Assembly (NCBI GenBank): GCA_977862235.1
Contig: OZ374559.1
Location: 2,294,001-2,358,000 of the forward strand
Direction of reading: 5' to 3'
Source: Dudresnaya verticillata
Taxonomy: Eukaryota
DNA length: 64,000 nucleotides
The position numbers and the translations under genes were made by a program. Below are positions 61,586-64,000 of the stretch, one piece after another. Numbering within the stretch: the stretch's first letter is position 1; each line of letters opens with the position of its first letter. A model generated the notes under the pieces. That model was not told the origin of the DNA. It saw only the letters and a program-made list of their open reading frames with translations, and did no database searches.

Positions 61586-63968
61586 CTACTCATCCTCCGT
61601 CAGGTCAACTACCTCGTCGTTGTCCCCATTAGTTGGATGCACGGCACCGACCGGGTGAACGATACGCCGCACTTCGCGGATGATGCGACGCACTCGCGGC
61701 TGAGCAGGGTCCGTTTCCATAGGATTTGGCTCCTCTTCGAGCTCTTCCTTAATGATGAGCTCGGTCTTAACCAGGCCCCCGCCTTCCTCCTGCATGACTT
61801 GCGATCCCGCATCGGGCGACGCCCCGGCGCTGTCCACTGCTGCCGACGGGGCCGCGAGCTGCACTAAGTCCGACTCGATCGGGCCAGGCCCGGACGCTGC
61901 GTTGCCGTCAATAGGCAGCGCCGGCGGCGTCTCACCCGTCGTCGGGGAAGACACCACCACTGCCCCAAGGGCCGAGTTGGACGCTGGAGCAGGCGGCGCC
62001 GCAGGAGCAGCAGGCTAGATCCTATCCTCAACCCTCTCGCTGGCCGGTGCCGTTGCTACCGCCGTGGATGTTGGATCTTGAGACAGGGTTGCCCCAAGGG
62101 CAGCTTCCGAAGCGGGAGGGAGAGACGCCATGGCCGCGTCACCCTCGCGACCCTCGCATCCCTCTGCAAGTGGGGCATTCCCCGTGTTTCCAGGAATGGT
62201 GACGCCCTGGATGGCCAAGCCTTGCGCTATCTCCTCTTCTTGACGGGCTCGACGCCCAGCTGATCCAATGCCATGACGACCCCTGGGTCGAGTCTCTCCA
62301 ATAGGAGATGCCGACGCGACTCCCCCGTGGCCGGTAACGATGGCTGTAGAAGCCCCTGGAGCCGGACTGGTCGTAGTGTTGACCCCCTCCTCTCGCGCGA
62401 CAGGCGCTTCGCGTTCCTCCTTGGCTTGTTCGCCCAAACGGGGCAATCCCCGGAAATGTTCCGACATCCGATGGATGGGGCCAGGCACTGTTAGCCACGA
62501 GGCTTCGTAGTCGACCATGGTCGCCTCGACCCAATCCGCCAGGGAATTCACCCTCAAGTTTTGGATGTTCCAGTGGGTTTGGAGGCGCACGGCCAAACCA
62601 CGCTGACGAAAGACTTCGCGAATGACGGCATCGGCCTTGCTTCGCCCATGGATCACCGGCGGCGCGTAGGGGCCTAAAGGCTGACCATCGGTAAGCGCGT
62701 CATACGCGGGCACCTCCGCGGGATTCTGCGGCTCGTGCCAGTTGTTACAAACCCACCCCGCGGTGAAATCGGACCGCAGGCGCATGCCTTCGTCCGCCTC
62801 GATTGACTGAGCGTCCACTGGGACCGATTTGATCAGATATTCGGGAATGTCGGGAGCCCAGGCATCGGGGTCGAAATCGACCCAATCCCCGCGGTCAAAC
62901 ACCGGCGTGATGGTGCCCGTGTCTGCGGGCAAGAACCGGTTTTGCTTCGACACTCGTTGCCAGACGATACGCTCGACGAAGAGTAGGAGCGAGTCCAGGT
63001 CGACTGCGTCATCGGCATTAGCCGTAAACTCCGACGAGCCGATCTCGCGAATATCATCGCGTATCTTCTGATTGATGAAGAACAGGGCCCTTCCGCGCCT
63101 CGTACATGAAGACCTGGGTGATGAGGACGATCCGTTCGTGCCGATAGATGAGCCATAGCAAACTACTACTCGAGGCCTGCATCAACTCCAAGCCGAGATA
63201 GGCCACAAGGGTCGGGACCCCCACGGGCATCGAGTACGAGACTTCGTAACAACTGTAGTCTGGAGGGATCTGCGGGTACTTGCTTGTGAACAATTCCGGC
63301 TTAATAGCTGAGACCTCCTGGCAGTGGAACGGGACCAGGCACCCGGTGCGATGCCTCTGGCGACGCTCAAAGCGAGCAGCTTCGTGGGGAAGAGCCGTCT
63401 GCGGCGTGTCCAACTGGTACTTATAGGCGGTGCGGTTGTTGGGAAGAGTGCTCCTGGTTGTGTTGTACGGGAAATTGTCCCTGCCTGCCCGGATGAAAGG
63501 GCGCGGATGGCCAACTGCCCTCATATCGTACTTCTCGGACACAAATATCTCGTCCAACACGTACTTCTCTTCGCCCAAGAAGCGGGCCATCTTCTCAATC
63601 CATGGAACCTCCCACCGATATCGGGCTCGTGCCAAGTCAAAGGGGAACGGCCCCGGCGTCGAAATACGCAGAGTCGTTAACGACAAATGGCTCACACGGG
63701 TCCTCAACAGGGTATTCCAAGCCTTGGCTTCCGCCCTCTTTCCGCCTAGGCGGCGCACTTCGTCGCGGTTCGCCCCAGCGCGGGGTCGCACATGATTTAG
63801 GTCAGTGCGCACTCGCCAATCGCGGCTAGACGCAATATCAACAGGGACACCTCCCGCGTCCACAGCGACCGGCGCTATGTTGTCCGGCGAGCCAGCTTGC
63901 CCATAGTGGAAGCTGGGGTTTACGGGCATGATGATGACGAGCCCGGGCTCCTGCTTGTGTAATACCAC
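61586..63968 (-). pseudogene. Extra antisense ORF (about 790 codons when repaired) downstream of Gypsy pol; unknown function
   Basis: ORF 63054-63968 joins 62015-62953 by one frameshift near 63090 (ALFFINQKIRDDIREIG...VWQRVSKQNR). It then reads through one TAG at 62015-62017 in frame into 61586-61960. Confidence 0.7.
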
Positions 63969-64000
63969 TTGAAAGGGGCCTGCCCAGAACTCTCCTCTCG

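Larger units (their letters stand above)
52641..64000 (+). mobile_element. Ty3/Gypsy chromodomain LTR retrotransposon; 3' LTR not reached in the window; 5' boundary approximate
   Basis: gag-PR-RT-RH-INT-chromodomain order; about 0.9 kb of non-coding leader beginning near tgtaattcg/tgtagtag. Confidence 0.93.

Overview
Eukaryotic, intron-poor, transposon-rich DNA; the element types and compact genes are reminiscent of a red alga, but that is inference. From left to right: a divergent E2F-like gene (1.4-2.0 kb), a decayed LINE reverse transcriptase (2.75-4.3 kb), a GC-rich gene for a secreted Cu/Zn superoxide dismutase (5.3-5.9 kb) and Copia remnants (6.2-7.7 kb). Next is a 37.6-kb near-perfect tandem array (7721-45295; 3983-bp period; structure (A-B)9-A). 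It carries 10 copies of a 137-aa secreted precursor made of a signal peptide, a CPC..C..C..GKTCC domain, a spacer and a 32-aa Arg/Tyr/Cys-rich C-terminal peptide with cystine-ladder symmetry. About 3.5 kb beyond the last copy, on the opposite strand, is a single-copy paralog with the same Cys domain but a strongly acidic tail (47500-47967). The right end holds a DIRS-type tyrosine-recombinase retrotransposon (49.2-52.6 kb, minus strand) and a chromodomain Gypsy element (about 52.6 kb to the window end). The Gypsy element has a -1 gag/pol frameshift signal, a palindromic insertion that breaks pol, and a long extra antisense ORF. The best candidate for an undescribed system is the amplified secreted hairpin-peptide precursor with its acidic paralog and the neighbouring secreted SOD.
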